Shown: positions 40,741 to 50,889 of the stretch, piece by piece
Layout of the letters: the number at the start of each line of letters is the position of its first letter
Position numbering within the stretch: position 1 is the first letter of the stretch
Virus record (IMG/VR): IMGVR_UViG_3300032236_002285
Span: 412,237-476,236 of that record
Reading direction: 5' to 3' (one strand)
DNA: 64,000 bases
Made by a program: the position numbers and the translations under genes
The notes under the pieces: generated by a model
The model's database searches: none
What the model saw: the letters and a program-made list of their open reading frames with translations, nothing else
What the model was told of the DNA's origin: nothing

Positions 40741-41427
40741 TTATCTAGATCTTTCGGGTCTATATGTGTTGTCAATTATAGAATCACCACCTGCCTGACT
40801 AGTTAGTATAAAGTCTTTAAAAGCTGGCATTTTCTCACCTACTTTTTCAAATGCGTAATTTAAAAAGAAATCAGGCGAGTGCCAACCAACATTTTTTATT
40901 CTATCTAGCCAAAAATCCATATTTCTTGAATGTACCATATAACAATGACCAAGTGTCATCATATTACCTAAATATAAGTTATCAGATAACTTATCAGTGT
41001 AAACAACTTGATGATTTGGTGATTCAAATCTAACTATCTTATAATCAGAATTCTCTAATAGATTGATGGCTTCATCTACTCTATCCCTAAAGAATTGAGG
41101 ATCAACGGTAATTAAACAATCACATTCACATATTAAAGTATAATCCTCATCAACAAAAGATGCTAGAATCGCAGACATGTGTCCCTGCCATGCGCCATAA
41201 TGGCCCGATGTAAACCCAAATTTATTAGGATCCGGTTTTGTTATACCAACTATCCAATCAGTCCTCCCCTCAAAAACATTATGGGTTGGTGGATATTGCA
41301 TATATCTTGGGTTAATAATTCTAATATATCTATAACCTAATTGAGATAAAGATTTATGTGACCTTACTTCTCTTTGCTTATCTGGTTCAGATGATACTTG
41401 TATAATCTTTACATCAGTTCTATTCAT
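40741..41427 (-). CDS. Glycosyltransferase family 25-like protein
   Basis: GHYGAWQGH..AI, LICECDC, GHCYMV resemble GT25 GC..SH / LILEDD / AYxV motifs. Confidence 0.65.
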   Translation of the reverse strand: MNRTDVKIIQVSSEPDKQREVRSHKSLSQLGYRYIRIINPRYMQYPPTHNVFEGRTDWIVGITKPDPNKFGFTSGHYGAWQGHMSAILASFVDEDYTLICECDCLITVDPQFFRDRVDEAINLLENSDYKIVRFESPNHQVVYTDKLSDNLYLGNMMTLGHCYMVHSRNMDFWLDRIKNVGWHSPDFFLNYAFEKVGEKMPAFKDFILTSQAGGDSIIDNTYRPERSR

Positions 41428-41480
41428 CTAATTTATATTTTTTATTTTATATACTAAATGGCTTATTTAGTTTAAAACTA

Positions 41481-41505
41481 AAAACCCATCATTTCTGATG
41501 GGTTT
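41481..41505 (-). terminator. Terminator
   Basis: aaacccatca-tttc-tgatgggttt. Confidence 0.7.
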
Positions 41506-41520
41506 AACTGATTGATAAGA

Positions 41521-42168
41521 TTATTTATACAAAGTCAGTAAGATTGCTAACAAAGAACCTAAAGTGATAATCAAGAAATTATACTTAGCATGAACAGAGG
41601 TAGAAGCCAAAACCGCAATCTTATCTGATGATGGTGGATTATATGGATTATGATTTTTATTAAAAGATTTTACATAAAAAATAGAAAAAATATAACCAAC
41701 AACTGATAGAATCAAAGCTATAAACAAAGGCACACCAACAAACATATGAACTAAGCCAAATATAATATTAGCAGTAATTCGTTTTCTAACACCAAACACC
41801 ATACTACGGAAAGTTTCTTCTTCACTTTTTGCTAAGTAGGGTAAAGCCAAGCTCAATAGGAACCAGAAACCAACAATGATTAAGACTGAATTAGATCTGA
41901 ACGGTGCGGTGATGATGTTACCACTCGGAGCATCAGTACCACTACCTAACATACTAACCCAAGACCAAGTCATGAATTTAGGTAGACCAATAGAAGCTAA
42001 AACACCAACAGAAATAATCACAAAAATAACAATTAAGAAAGCCCATAGGTAGTCAATTTTGTTATTTAAGTAAGCATTCCTCAAAACTGAGGAGTCTTTG
42101 CGAAAGTCTTTGTAAGAGTTGTAAAAGGCTGAGCCAATAAGTAAAGTTGCGATTATATTAAATATCAT
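41521..42168 (-). CDS. CPBP/Abi (CAAX-like) intramembrane protease-like protein
   Basis: Multi-TM; EEETFR and IFGLVH motifs; probable start ATG 42168, 6 nt after TATATTTG. Confidence 0.65.
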   Translation of the reverse strand: MIFNIIATLLIGSAFYNSYKDFRKDSSVLRNAYLNNKIDYLWAFLIVIFVIISVGVLASIGLPKFMTWSWVSMLGSGTDAPSGNIITAPFRSNSVLIIVGFWFLLSLALPYLAKSEEETFRSMVFGVRKRITANIIFGLVHMFVGVPLFIALILSVVGYIFSIFYVKSFNKNHNPYNPPSSDKIAVLASTSVHAKYNFLIITLGSLLAILLTLYK

Positions 42169-42210
42169 ATTATACAAATATACGGATAAAAAATAAAAAA
42201 ACCTAATTAA

Positions 42211-42444
42211 TTAGGCTTTTAATTTTTCTTTAAGATGATTAATCTTTATTTTTAACTCTTCTCTTCTAGCAAGTTTCAATTTACAATATTCATTGAACCT
42301 ATCGTTTATATTCAACTTACCATCAAAGAACTTAGTGTTATTAGAAATTAAATAAACTTTATAATACATAATATCATTATATATTGAGTCTATTTCAGAT
42401 TCAAGCTTCCATATTTTATATCTAATATACAGCTTTTTTAACAT
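42211..42444 (-). CDS. Hypothetical protein
   Basis: 77 aa; upstream TAATATATA at 42449-42457. Confidence 0.55.
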   Translation of the reverse strand: MLKKLYIRYKIWKLESEIDSIYNDIMYYKVYLISNNTKFFDGKLNINDRFNEYCKLKLARREELKIKINHLKEKLKA

Positions 42445-42477
42445 AAACTATATATTAATTAATATCATGGAAAACCT

Positions 42478-43281
42478 TTATTTATCTATATTTGATAAGA
42501 TATTATTTAATTTATTATCTCTTACTCTTTGATTGATTAATTTCAATAATTCTTCTTCTTTTTCTGGATAATAGCGAGCTAACCCAAATGGCTCAAACTG
42601 CATATTATCAATCAAATCTTGATTAACATTTAACTTAAACTTATGCCTAATCGAATCATTATATTTTTTAACAAACTCAGTTGATCTATCAACTACTAAA
42701 CCACCACCTGTTTGAAACTTCCAGAACCTAAATAACATCAAGCTTCTTGATAAAACAGAGTGCTCGAAATAAAAGTTATCTCTTTGTTCATCAGTCATTG
42801 GTAGTTTAGGTGACACACTACTTAAATGTAAATCAGCATTGTAAATATAAATAGCGTCATTAATTAGATAGAAAAATGATTCTACAAAACTAGTAGCAGG
42901 TGATAGAAGATTTTCTCTAACATTTGTATCAAATGGTCTTTGACGATTCCACTCTTCAGTAGCCATCTTACTTAAATGTAAACATTCATCGTAATAAGAT
43001 TGTGTCATTTTGAACTTAGAATATTTATCAAAGACATATTTATACTTTTGCGGATAAAGATATTCTAACCAGTCAACTTCTTTTAACATTTGTTTAAGTG
43101 CTAACGATTGTTCTTTAGTTGCTTTAGGTATACCATATTTTTTATACCAGTTTTTGCGAGATTGAATTTTATAATTATCGAATTCAAACCAATCTAATTG
43201 AACAACTAAAAGTTCTTTTACACCAAGATTTGTATTATCGTTTGGAACTCTATCTATAATCTTTAACTCTGGAAATTTCAT
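42478..43281 (-). CDS. Hypothetical protein, C-tag
   Basis: RDNKLNNIL near end. Confidence 0.7.
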   Translation of the reverse strand: MKFPELKIIDRVPNDNTNLGVKELLVVQLDWFEFDNYKIQSRKNWYKKYGIPKATKEQSLALKQMLKEVDWLEYLYPQKYKYVFDKYSKFKMTQSYYDECLHLSKMATEEWNRQRPFDTNVRENLLSPATSFVESFFYLINDAIYIYNADLHLSSVSPKLPMTDEQRDNFYFEHSVLSRSLMLFRFWKFQTGGGLVVDRSTEFVKKYNDSIRHKFKLNVNQDLIDNMQFEPFGLARYYPEKEEELLKLINQRVRDNKLNNILSNIDK

Positions 43282-43892
43282 ATACCTAATTCATTTAACT
43301 TTTTACCACGGTCTTCACTAATAATCTGACCAATGATATCAGAACCAAAACAATTTATCAACTCAGAACGCTTACTATAGATATCATTTTGTTTGAAAAA
43401 TGTTTCTAAATCAGGTTGATTTTTAGTGATGAAGTTAATCCATTCATCACCAGAGTTTATATCAACTGGACAATTCCAATCACATGCAATAGGATGTGAT
43501 TTATCAAAAATAGGATAACTATTCCTAACACTCATTTTGATATTCAAATGCCAGTTAGATTTTAACTCCAGTAACCGCTTATTATCAGTTATAATCTGCA
43601 TAAGAGTACGACCAATCGCAATAACTTTTATCTCACCTTTTGTAGTAAGTGTATTAAAATAATACTTTGTGGACCTACTTATCTCCCTGTTCATAAATTT
43701 TTCATTAGTAGATCTATGATAGTAGATTTTTGAAACCCATTTGTACTCTGGATCATAAAGAACACTAAGCTGGCCAGTATCACCTTGATACATTAAACTA
43801 TCAACTTTTGTTACCCATTGAATTTTACCATCAACTATTCTTGGGATAAGTTTAATGATATCACCATCTTCTAATTTATGAATTTTTATCAT
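43278..43892 (-). CDS. Hypothetical protein, C-tag
   Basis: Ends RGKKLNELGI. Confidence 0.7.
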   Translation of the reverse strand: MIKIHKLEDGDIIKLIPRIVDGKIQWVTKVDSLMYQGDTGQLSVLYDPEYKWVSKIYYHRSTNEKFMNREISRSTKYYFNTLTTKGEIKVIAIGRTLMQIITDNKRLLELKSNWHLNIKMSVRNSYPIFDKSHPIACDWNCPVDINSGDEWINFITKNQPDLETFFKQNDIYSKRSELINCFGSDIIGQIISEDRGKKLNELGI

Positions 43893-44244
43893 CTAATATC
43901 GTTTTTAATTTCATATCTCGAATAGCATCTTGGTTATTCATTTCATAAAGTCTTTTACGAATTGAACTAACCTTATCATTTATTTTATTGAGAATCTTAC
44001 TATGTTCAAAAATTTCTTCAATAAACTCTTTTGTCATTTCATTTGGTATTCTTACTTCCACATCTTCTTTATTAACCCAAACACTACAATACCAAATACA
44101 ATCTGGTTTAGATGAATCTTGATTATAAGTAAAAAACCTTAAACCAGGTAAATCAATAACAGAGTATTTACTTTTTGGCTCTAAATAAATTGATTGACCA
44201 ACAAATACTTTATCTAATATGTCTAATATTTCTAACTTAGTCAT
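43876..44244 (-). CDS. Hypothetical protein, C-tag
   Basis: RDMKLKTIL near end. Confidence 0.7.
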   Translation of the reverse strand: MTKLEILDILDKVFVGQSIYLEPKSKYSVIDLPGLRFFTYNQDSSKPDCIWYCSVWVNKEDVEVRIPNEMTKEFIEEIFEHSKILNKINDKVSSIRKRLYEMNNQDAIRDMKLKTILDDKNS

Positions 44245-44587
44245 TTCCTAAAACATTATTTAGTTTCTCATCTCTCTTTTTCTCAATTTTCAATAAATCT
44301 ATATCTTCTCTTGATAATTTTTCATATTGCTTGAACTCACGAATGTTTTTACAATAGATAATAAAATCCCATTCCCAATAATTTTCATCATCAATATCTT
44401 CCACAATATGCACACCTAACCACAAATGAGACTTTGTTCCATAACTTTCGTGTGACCAAAGAATAATATTAAACATTTGATCACGAATAAAATCAGTAAA
44501 ACTTCTAGCATTATCAAACTCCCAAAACATAGGTATATGGCTATATGATCCATTACCACCACCTATATTCATTGATACTTTTATCAT
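44237..44587 (-). CDS. Hypothetical protein, C-tag
   Basis: Ends RDEKLNNVLGND. Confidence 0.7.
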   Translation of the reverse strand: MIKVSMNIGGGNGSYSHIPMFWEFDNARSFTDFIRDQMFNIILWSHESYGTKSHLWLGVHIVEDIDDENYWEWDFIIYCKNIREFKQYEKLSREDIDLLKIEKKRDEKLNNVLGND

Positions 44588-44644
44588 AACAAAACATTTA
44601 ATTTTAAATATCTAATATTATCTTTTCTCTACACTCTGGTATAT

Positions 44645-44986
44645 TCATAATAATCTATCTAGTTTATACTGACGTTTCAATTGTTTCTCCCATTCTGGTG
44701 AAGGATACAAACCCAAAGGATTTCTATCAGACTGCATTTTATCCATCAAACTACCTTCTGCTTTAATCATAACTTTAACACTCCAGAAAGTTAAGTGTTG
44801 AGTATATTCAACTATTTCATAGTTATATATATCAGGTCCTAAACCAACCATCATACCAATTGGATACCACTTCTCTAAAATCTGTAATTGTAAATCTTTA
44901 GGAGTAGAATTAAAACGCAATAAGGCGGCCCTATCACGAGTGTGATAGTCCCACCATATTAACGATTTTTTACCAAATGTGCTCAT
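44645..44986 (-). CDS. Hypothetical protein, C-tag
   Basis: Ends RQYKLDRLL. Confidence 0.7.
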   Translation of the reverse strand: MSTFGKKSLIWWDYHTRDRAALLRFNSTPKDLQLQILEKWYPIGMMVGLGPDIYNYEIVEYTQHLTFWSVKVMIKAEGSLMDKMQSDRNPLGLYPSPEWEKQLKRQYKLDRLL

Positions 44987-45672
44987 TAGCTCTTTACCAT
45001 ATATTTAGCCATATCCACCCAGTTATCAGGATAAGCGGCTTTCATTTTAATTACCATAATCAACATACGCATATTCAAGTTGACTTCATTTTTAACACTA
45101 GCTAAGAAATTCAAAGCCTCAAGTTTATCTTCTAATACATAGTCTGGTAAGATTGAACCTATAATAGAAGTCATACGGTCAATTTTATCATCTGGTGTCA
45201 TACTCAAATCTACGGTCAAACTTCTCGATAAGATAGCATCATTCATGCTTTCTTTAGATTTGTTAGAGATAAAGATTATACGACCAGTGAAGTCAAATTG
45301 TTGAGGGTACTCGTCATTTTTATTCATCTTAGCCATCCAAGTGATAGTTCTCTTCTCATAAGAATCTAACGCAGACTTCAAAATATTTAGTGCTACTTTA
45401 TCTTCTAAAACCGAATCACAATCGTCAAAGATAATCAATTTACCATTATTATCATAAAGTGCGTTGTATAAGCCACGAGCAGTTGAGTAACCTTTGAAGA
45501 AAACATAATCATCTTCAGTCATATCGGTGCTCTCAATAGTTTGATTAACTGAGTGTGTCTTACCTAAGCCACCTTCACCAGTAACAATTAGTGATGGCGT
45601 AACACCACCAATAACCATATGAGTTAAGTTATTAAGAAATTCAAATCTTTGATTTATTGTAAATGTAGACAT
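44986..45672 (-). CDS. Phage AAA-type P-loop ATPase
   Basis: GEGGLGKT, IIFDDCD, NILKSALDS. Confidence 0.85.
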   Translation of the reverse strand: MSTFTINQRFEFLNNLTHMVIGGVTPSLIVTGEGGLGKTHSVNQTIESTDMTEDDYVFFKGYSTARGLYNALYDNNGKLIIFDDCDSVLEDKVALNILKSALDSYEKRTITWMAKMNKNDEYPQQFDFTGRIIFISNKSKESMNDAILSRSLTVDLSMTPDDKIDRMTSIIGSILPDYVLEDKLEALNFLASVKNEVNLNMRMLIMVIKMKAAYPDNWVDMAKYMVKS

Positions 45673-45692
45673 AGTGGTTATTATTTGTTATA

Positions 45693-45723
45693 CAAAGATA
45701 AGGAATTTATACCAATAAACAAA
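45693..45723 (-). promoter_or_regulatory. Bacteroidota sigma70 promoter
   Basis: TTTG-N19-TATCTTTG upstream of the ATPase operon. Confidence 0.7.
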
Positions 45724-45788
45724 AAAAATTGATTTTTAGAGATATGTATTTTTATATATACAAGTAATAAAAAAATAATTTTTTAACC

Positions 45789-47885
45789 ATGGCAGGTAGA
45801 TCAATTGAAGATATTTTGAGACAACAGGCGGCTCAACGTCAAGCTCAAATTCAACAACAACAAGCTCAAGAAAGAGCTCTTCATGAACAAAGAGAAAGAG
45901 CAAGACAAGACTATTTACAAAGAATGAGAATGTTTGAAAAGCTTTCTAATACAAATCCAGCGGCAGCAGCATCTGCGGCAGCAGGTGGTCACACGACACC
46001 AATAATTAACGGTCATACTGAAATCATTTTATTCAGTACAACAGACTCATCTAACTGGCATTATGTAATACTAGATTTTCAACATGATACTATCAGTGAT
46101 TCTAAAGACACTGGAATTTCAAATTCACTAAATATAAATCACTATTATGTTATTGATAACACAGGTTATGTTGTAAAAATCAGTGATAACTATTTGTGTA
46201 TAAATGATAGCACTCATATAGTTAAAACTATTACTGGTTCATATGGTGTTCATGCTAAGAGTGATTTAGTTATCTTCTATGATGAGACTGCTGGTGAAAT
46301 TAATTACTTTGATGGTAAGGTTTTCTCTACATTTACTGGTGCTCCTGTTTCACCAAACTCATATAATTTAACAAGAGGTGGATATTTAATCATTGAATAT
46401 AGAAATTCAGATAATGGTGATATTACAATTTATAACTGGACACCTACTGATGGTTTAACATCTATTTATACGGATGTTTATTGGGGATTCACTGGTGAAT
46501 ACAATGGTATTGATGTAGACCCATCAGTTCCATTTTTCTGTGTTGAGATTAACCCAGGTGGTCATTGGAAAAAAATTAAAATTATAGGTGAACAAGGTGA
46601 TGCTAGATCTATACTTGATGTTGATGCTCTTAGTGGTGGTACAATGGCAAGTGGATATATTCAGTTTTATGGTGATAGTAAAGTAGAATGGCAGTTTAAT
46701 GCTTTTGGTGGTTCTGTAAGATATATTGGTAACTATGACTATAATACAGATACTTGGAAAACAACAAGACACAATACAACAGCTAACTATGTTAACCAAG
46801 AAAATGTTTTTCAATATTCTCCAATAGGAACACAATTTACATCTCCATCAAATGGTAAAGTAAACTTATTTCATGATGGTGCTAGTGGTAGCCAATATAA
46901 TATTGACCTATATAGACACTTAGATGTAATTTGGACAATTGATGGTGGCAACTACCTTACTTATTCAGTTAACAATACAACAACTTGGTCAAAAGGCGTT
47001 GACTTAAACGATGCTAGTCGTGATTATGGTAACAATACTTTGTATTGTGGTAAATCAATGTTCTTCCCTATGTGGTTGAACAATAGCTACCTTTCTTTAT
47101 TATGTTTAACATCTACACAATCTGTAGTTATACAAGCTGGTTCAACTACAGGATTAACCGGTAGTCAAGGTTATGGTCATATTCCAGGATGGTATAATGG
47201 CCAAAGATATGCTACATTTAGAGTAGGTGATTATTTTGGTATTTGGTTAGCTTATGCTACTAGTGATGTTTATAAAATTTATGATTATACAGGTAATAAA
47301 GTTGTATCATTAACAATGAGTGTTGGTACTTACCTAAACTATAGAGGTAATATAGCTGTTATAACAACACCAACTACTGATTATCTTTTTGCTGAAAGTA
47401 CATTAGGTGCTTCACCTTCTTACGCTACTTATTCAAATTTAGGTTGGAACGCTATAGGACAATCACCTGATTACTCTAGCACAGAAGATGCGTCACTTAT
47501 AATTAATTCTAATTTATCAACTGGTCAATTTAGAATATTCAAAAATCCAGGAGCTATTGATGGTACGGTGCCTTCTGGAAAGATATCTTACGCATTTGCT
47601 AGTACTACATATGTTGGATTTGTGGATGATAGTAGTGGTAGTGTTGTTGTTTATTTATATGACTCAGATGCTAATCTTTTACAAACAGCTGATCTTGGTG
47701 TATCATCTATCAATAACTGGTTTATAGTAGAAGATAGAATAAATCTTGAAAAAGATAATGGTTCTACAAAAACATTCTGGTATGTTTCTCCAACTAAGGT
47801 AGATACTAAAGTAATAAAAAATGTATCATCATATGATGTTTACTATGACAATTACAACTGGTGGGCTCAACAATCTTGGTGCTAA
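45789..47885 (+). CDS. Large beta-rich virion/tail-type protein with Q/A-rich N-terminus
   Basis: RQQAAQRQAQIQQQQ..AAAASAAAGG followed by a Y/W/T/S/N-rich beta region. Confidence 0.65.
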   Translation: MAGRSIEDILRQQAAQRQAQIQQQQAQERALHEQRERARQDYLQRMRMFEKLSNTNPAAAASAAAGGHTTPIINGHTEIILFSTTDSSNWHYVILDFQHDTISDSKDTGISNSLNINHYYVIDNTGYVVKISDNYLCINDSTHIVKTITGSYGVHAKSDLVIFYDETAGEINYFDGKVFSTFTGAPVSPNSYNLTRGGYLIIEYRNSDNGDITIYNWTPTDGLTSIYTDVYWGFTGEYNGIDVDPSVPFFCVEINPGGHWKKIKIIGEQGDARSILDVDALSGGTMASGYIQFYGDSKVEWQFNAFGGSVRYIGNYDYNTDTWKTTRHNTTANYVNQENVFQYSPIGTQFTSPSNGKVNLFHDGASGSQYNIDLYRHLDVIWTIDGGNYLTYSVNNTTTWSKGVDLNDASRDYGNNTLYCGKSMFFPMWLNNSYLSLLCLTSTQSVVIQAGSTTGLTGSQGYGHIPGWYNGQRYATFRVGDYFGIWLAYATSDVYKIYDYTGNKVVSLTMSVGTYLNYRGNIAVITTPTTDYLFAESTLGASPSYATYSNLGWNAIGQSPDYSSTEDASLIINSNLSTGQFRIFKNPGAIDGTVPSGKISYAFASTTYVGFVDDSSGSVVVYLYDSDANLLQTADLGVSSINNWFIVEDRINLEKDNGSTKTFWYVSPTKVDTKVIKNVSSYDVYYDNYNWWAQQSWC

Positions 47886-47892
47886 TAAAACT

Positions 47893-47923
47893 AAAAACCC
47901 TCTCAAATCGAGAGGGTTTTTTT
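47893..47923. terminator. Bidirectional terminator
   Basis: aaaaaccctctc-aaatc-gagagggttttt. Confidence 0.8.
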
Positions 47924-48194
47924 ATTTTAAAATATTATCAATCTTTTTATCACGTTCTTCTTCTAAATATTCATAAACCCAACCTGGGCAGTTTCCTTCT
48001 TCTTCACCTCTGAATGTATCTTCATTGATATCACATCCAGCAATATGGTCTTCATAACCATCTTCATGAGAAAACTTACAAGTATAACAATGCTTTGTTG
48101 CTTTATTAAAACAACACACTGGCTCATGTTTAGCCATCAAATCAGCATTTATATCTGTATGTGAACAATGGTCACACTTCCAAACTTGTTTCAT
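47922..48194 (-). CDS. Zn-finger protein, C-tag
   Basis: CDHC..HEPVC..CYTC; ends RDKKIDNILK. Confidence 0.7.
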   Translation of the reverse strand: MKQVWKCDHCSHTDINADLMAKHEPVCCFNKATKHCYTCKFSHEDGYEDHIAGCDINEDTFRGEEEGNCPGWVYEYLEEERDKKIDNILK

Positions 48195-48742
48195 TAAAAA
48201 TCAGGTCTAACCCATTTAGTTTTATAATTCTTGTTATTAACGGCATAAGCCGCATAATCATTGACTTGAGGATAACCAGTATTGTAATAACCTAAAGTCA
48301 AGTCCCATCGACCATATATGCCATATATCTTTCTTAACATCTTACAACTAACATCAACATTTAACTCTAAATTAGTTCTTAATTCTTTGGCACTAACATG
48401 ATGTCCAGCGTGAGCATGTGCAAACTTGGTTATAATTTGCATTGGGCCTTGAGCACCACCATCAGATGTTAAATAAGGATCATAATCCCAATCAAAAGGA
48501 CCACAATACCTTGTTTCAAGCCAAGCAACATTATACAAGATATGTTTTGGTATTGAATATTGCTTTGACTTACGTTCAATTAAGTTATACATTTGTAAGC
48601 AAGCAGGTGAATTAGTAGAGTCACCTAACGAAATGATTTTCATTTCAAACTTAGACTTTTGAGTTTGTAACAAATAACCACAGGTCAGAACGGCACTAAT
48701 AACCAAAAGTGTAATCAGTATTAATGTGCTTTTAATCTTCAT
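48194..48742 (-). CDS. Lytic transglycosylase (SLT domain) with N-terminal TM
   Basis: Catalytic WLETR, GPMQI, N..V..ML..YG.W..LGYYNTG. Confidence 0.85.
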   Translation of the reverse strand: MKIKSTLILITLLVISAVLTCGYLLQTQKSKFEMKIISLGDSTNSPACLQMYNLIERKSKQYSIPKHILYNVAWLETRYCGPFDWDYDPYLTSDGGAQGPMQIITKFAHAHAGHHVSAKELRTNLELNVDVSCKMLRKIYGIYGRWDLTLGYYNTGYPQVNDYAAYAVNNKNYKTKWVRPDF

Positions 48743-48747
48743 AGAAA

Positions 48748-49074
48748 TTATTTAGGTGTAACCGGAGTATGCTGACTCCAAATGTTTTTAGCATAAATAT
48801 CAAAAATAGCTCTACCTACACTATCATCAAGTAAAGTATAAGTACCATCATTTTTAGTGATAATCATAAAATCCGAGTTTTCATCAATTGCTAGTGTAAC
48901 CTCAGAACGTCTGATTGTAACGGGTTTGTGTTTAACTGAATAAGACTTTAAGTCTTTGTAGTAGTAGCCTAATGTAAAAAACATAGACATACCTAAAATA
49001 ACTAATGAATAATGTAAAATTACTTTTAAAATCTTGAGAGCCTTTTCTTTAATCTGTTGTAGTTGTTCCTTCAT
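48748..49074 (-). CDS. Single-pass membrane protein
   Basis: ILHYSLVILGMSMFFTLGYYY. Confidence 0.65.
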   Translation of the reverse strand: MKEQLQQIKEKALKILKVILHYSLVILGMSMFFTLGYYYKDLKSYSVKHKPVTIRRSEVTLAIDENSDFMIITKNDGTYTLLDDSVGRAIFDIYAKNIWSQHTPVTPK

Positions 49075-49133
49075 AAAATTGTATTTAAATTGTTAATGTG
49101 ACAAAGGTAATACAAAAAATTCAAAAATAAAAG

Positions 49134-49355
49134 TCAGATAAGCAATTTAATCTTATTATCTCTTATAGTTTCTTTTGATAAAGGTTTCAATCTATCTTGA
49201 TCAGTACACTGATAACACCTGGTGCCTTGATGTTGATAATGTATCGTGAATGTATAAGAACAATCTTCACAATATACCTCACCACACATATCACATATCA
49301 TAATATCTGGTTCAACATTAGTTGTATAGCAAATATGACAATGTGGTTGAATCAT
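49134..49355 (-). CDS. Cys-rich Zn-finger protein, C-tag
   Basis: CHIC..CDMC..CEDC..CYQC; ends RDNKIKLLI. Confidence 0.7.
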   Translation of the reverse strand: MIQPHCHICYTTNVEPDIMICDMCGEVYCEDCSYTFTIHYQHQGTRCYQCTDQDRLKPLSKETIRDNKIKLLI

Positions 49356-49639
49356 TTTAATATTTTACTTATTTTACTATCTCTTGAATCTCTTAACTTA
49401 TAAAATTCTTTATATTCTTTTTTAGCAACTGATATTATTTCTTTAGCTTGTGTTTTAGTTGGGTTATCTGTTCTTGTGTTAGGTAAACCATCTACAAAAT
49501 CCCAATAGATTTCATCATTTAAGTAAACAATAGCTTTTAGATATGAACCACCCCATTTTGAACTGGTGTAATAAACATAATCTACTCGCCAAACATCCTC
49601 ATTACTTTGAAAGTAAAAACTTGACTTAATATGTTCCAT
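49352..49639 (-). CDS. Small protein, C-tag
   Basis: Ends RDSKISKILK. Confidence 0.7.
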   Translation of the reverse strand: MEHIKSSFYFQSNEDVWRVDYVYYTSSKWGGSYLKAIVYLNDEIYWDFVDGLPNTRTDNPTKTQAKEIISVAKKEYKEFYKLRDSRDSKISKILK

Positions 49640-49964
49640 TTAATATAGTATTAATTTTTTTATCTCTTAGAAAAGAAGCATAAGCCGACTTAAACAACGA
49701 CTCATGCCTAATCATAGAAAGTATTTCATCTTCACCAACATTACCAGGTATAGAATGAATTAACTCATTTATATTTGAAATCTTTAACTTAACATCATTA
49801 TACTCAAATAAAACAGCATCAAATTCAAAAGTAATATGATTATATAAAAATGACATTTCTAACATCATCTTTATTTGATCAGGTGAAAACTTATCATTGA
49901 ACTTACCATCAATGATATCTTGAAAACTATCCTTTATAAACTGATTTGTGTCATTTAATTTCAT
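49626..49964 (-). CDS. Small protein, C-tag
   Basis: RDKKINTIL near end. Confidence 0.7.
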   Translation of the reverse strand: MKLNDTNQFIKDSFQDIIDGKFNDKFSPDQIKMMLEMSFLYNHITFEFDAVLFEYNDVKLKISNINELIHSIPGNVGEDEILSMIRHESLFKSAYASFLRDKKINTILNGTY

Positions 49965-50500
49965 AATAGTGCTTTTAATTTAATTGTTCTTTGTAATTGA
50001 ATATCATGTGGATACTTCTTTGCTTCTTTCAATATTACTGAAGCAACCCACTCTTCTAATGTTACTGACTTACCTTTGATATCTAACATACCATCTTTAT
50101 AAGAATACCAGTAACCATAAGAATCATCTGATATCATATCTTTATGAATATCATTCATATAAACCGTTATCCAAGAATCACCAAAAATAAATCTTTGAGT
50201 AAATACCGTTTTATCCTTTCTTTTCAAAGATTTCATTGCCGTAACATTCAACTCTAGTGACCAATCATTAAACACCCGTTCAATATGCTTCAACATCACA
50301 GATGGTCTTTTACTAAGTATTAATGTCTTATCAACACGACCATCTACATAATGAACCACATGATATGAATCTTCATCCCACTTAGTTAAGTAATCACCTT
50401 CTACTGCACGACTAACCGTTTCAGTTGAAATTGTAGAAACTTCTTCAAGCCACTTGCGAAGCTGAATATCTCTTTGCGAATTATGTATTTGTAAATCCAT
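49961..50500 (-). CDS. Hypothetical protein, C-tag
   Basis: Ends RTIKLKALL. Confidence 0.7.
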   Translation of the reverse strand: MDLQIHNSQRDIQLRKWLEEVSTISTETVSRAVEGDYLTKWDEDSYHVVHYVDGRVDKTLILSKRPSVMLKHIERVFNDWSLELNVTAMKSLKRKDKTVFTQRFIFGDSWITVYMNDIHKDMISDDSYGYWYSYKDGMLDIKGKSVTLEEWVASVILKEAKKYPHDIQLQRTIKLKALL

Positions 50501-50889
50501 TATATTCCTATTTGTTCTAATTTTTTATTTCTTAACCACTCATTATATAATGATTCAAATGCTTCATCATCCCATTGAAAACCAAAGATATAAGTTGAAC
50601 CACCACACCATCTTGACCAAACATCATAAAATAAATTCCAAGATTTAAATAACTTTTCTAATGACTCAGCTTCTTCCCTTGTAGTGTATAATTGAAAACC
50701 TGACTCAGATAAGTACATCATTAAAACATCAATCTTATGTGAACGGTTGCTCCAGTTTTCTAAGTACCACTCACCTTTCAAGTCTTTAACTTGTTGCTTT
50801 ATCTCAGGTAAATGATGGTCACAATATCCCTTTGTAACAATATCAAATACCTCAAAAGGTTTTAGTTTCCTAATTATACGCCAACTCAT
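50500..50889 (-). CDS. Hypothetical protein, C-tag
   Basis: Ends RNKKLEQIGI. Confidence 0.7.
   Translation of the reverse strand: MSWRIIRKLKPFEVFDIVTKGYCDHHLPEIKQQVKDLKGEWYLENWSNRSHKIDVLMMYLSESGFQLYTTREEAESLEKLFKSWNLFYDVWSRWCGGSTYIFGFQWDDEAFESLYNEWLRNKKLEQIGI

Noticed and set aside
44590-44650. 14-aa mini-ORF MNIPECREKIILDI on the minus strand as another tag remnant
   Set aside because: Poor fit to the R-x-x-K-[LI]-x-x-[LI] spacing; too short to support
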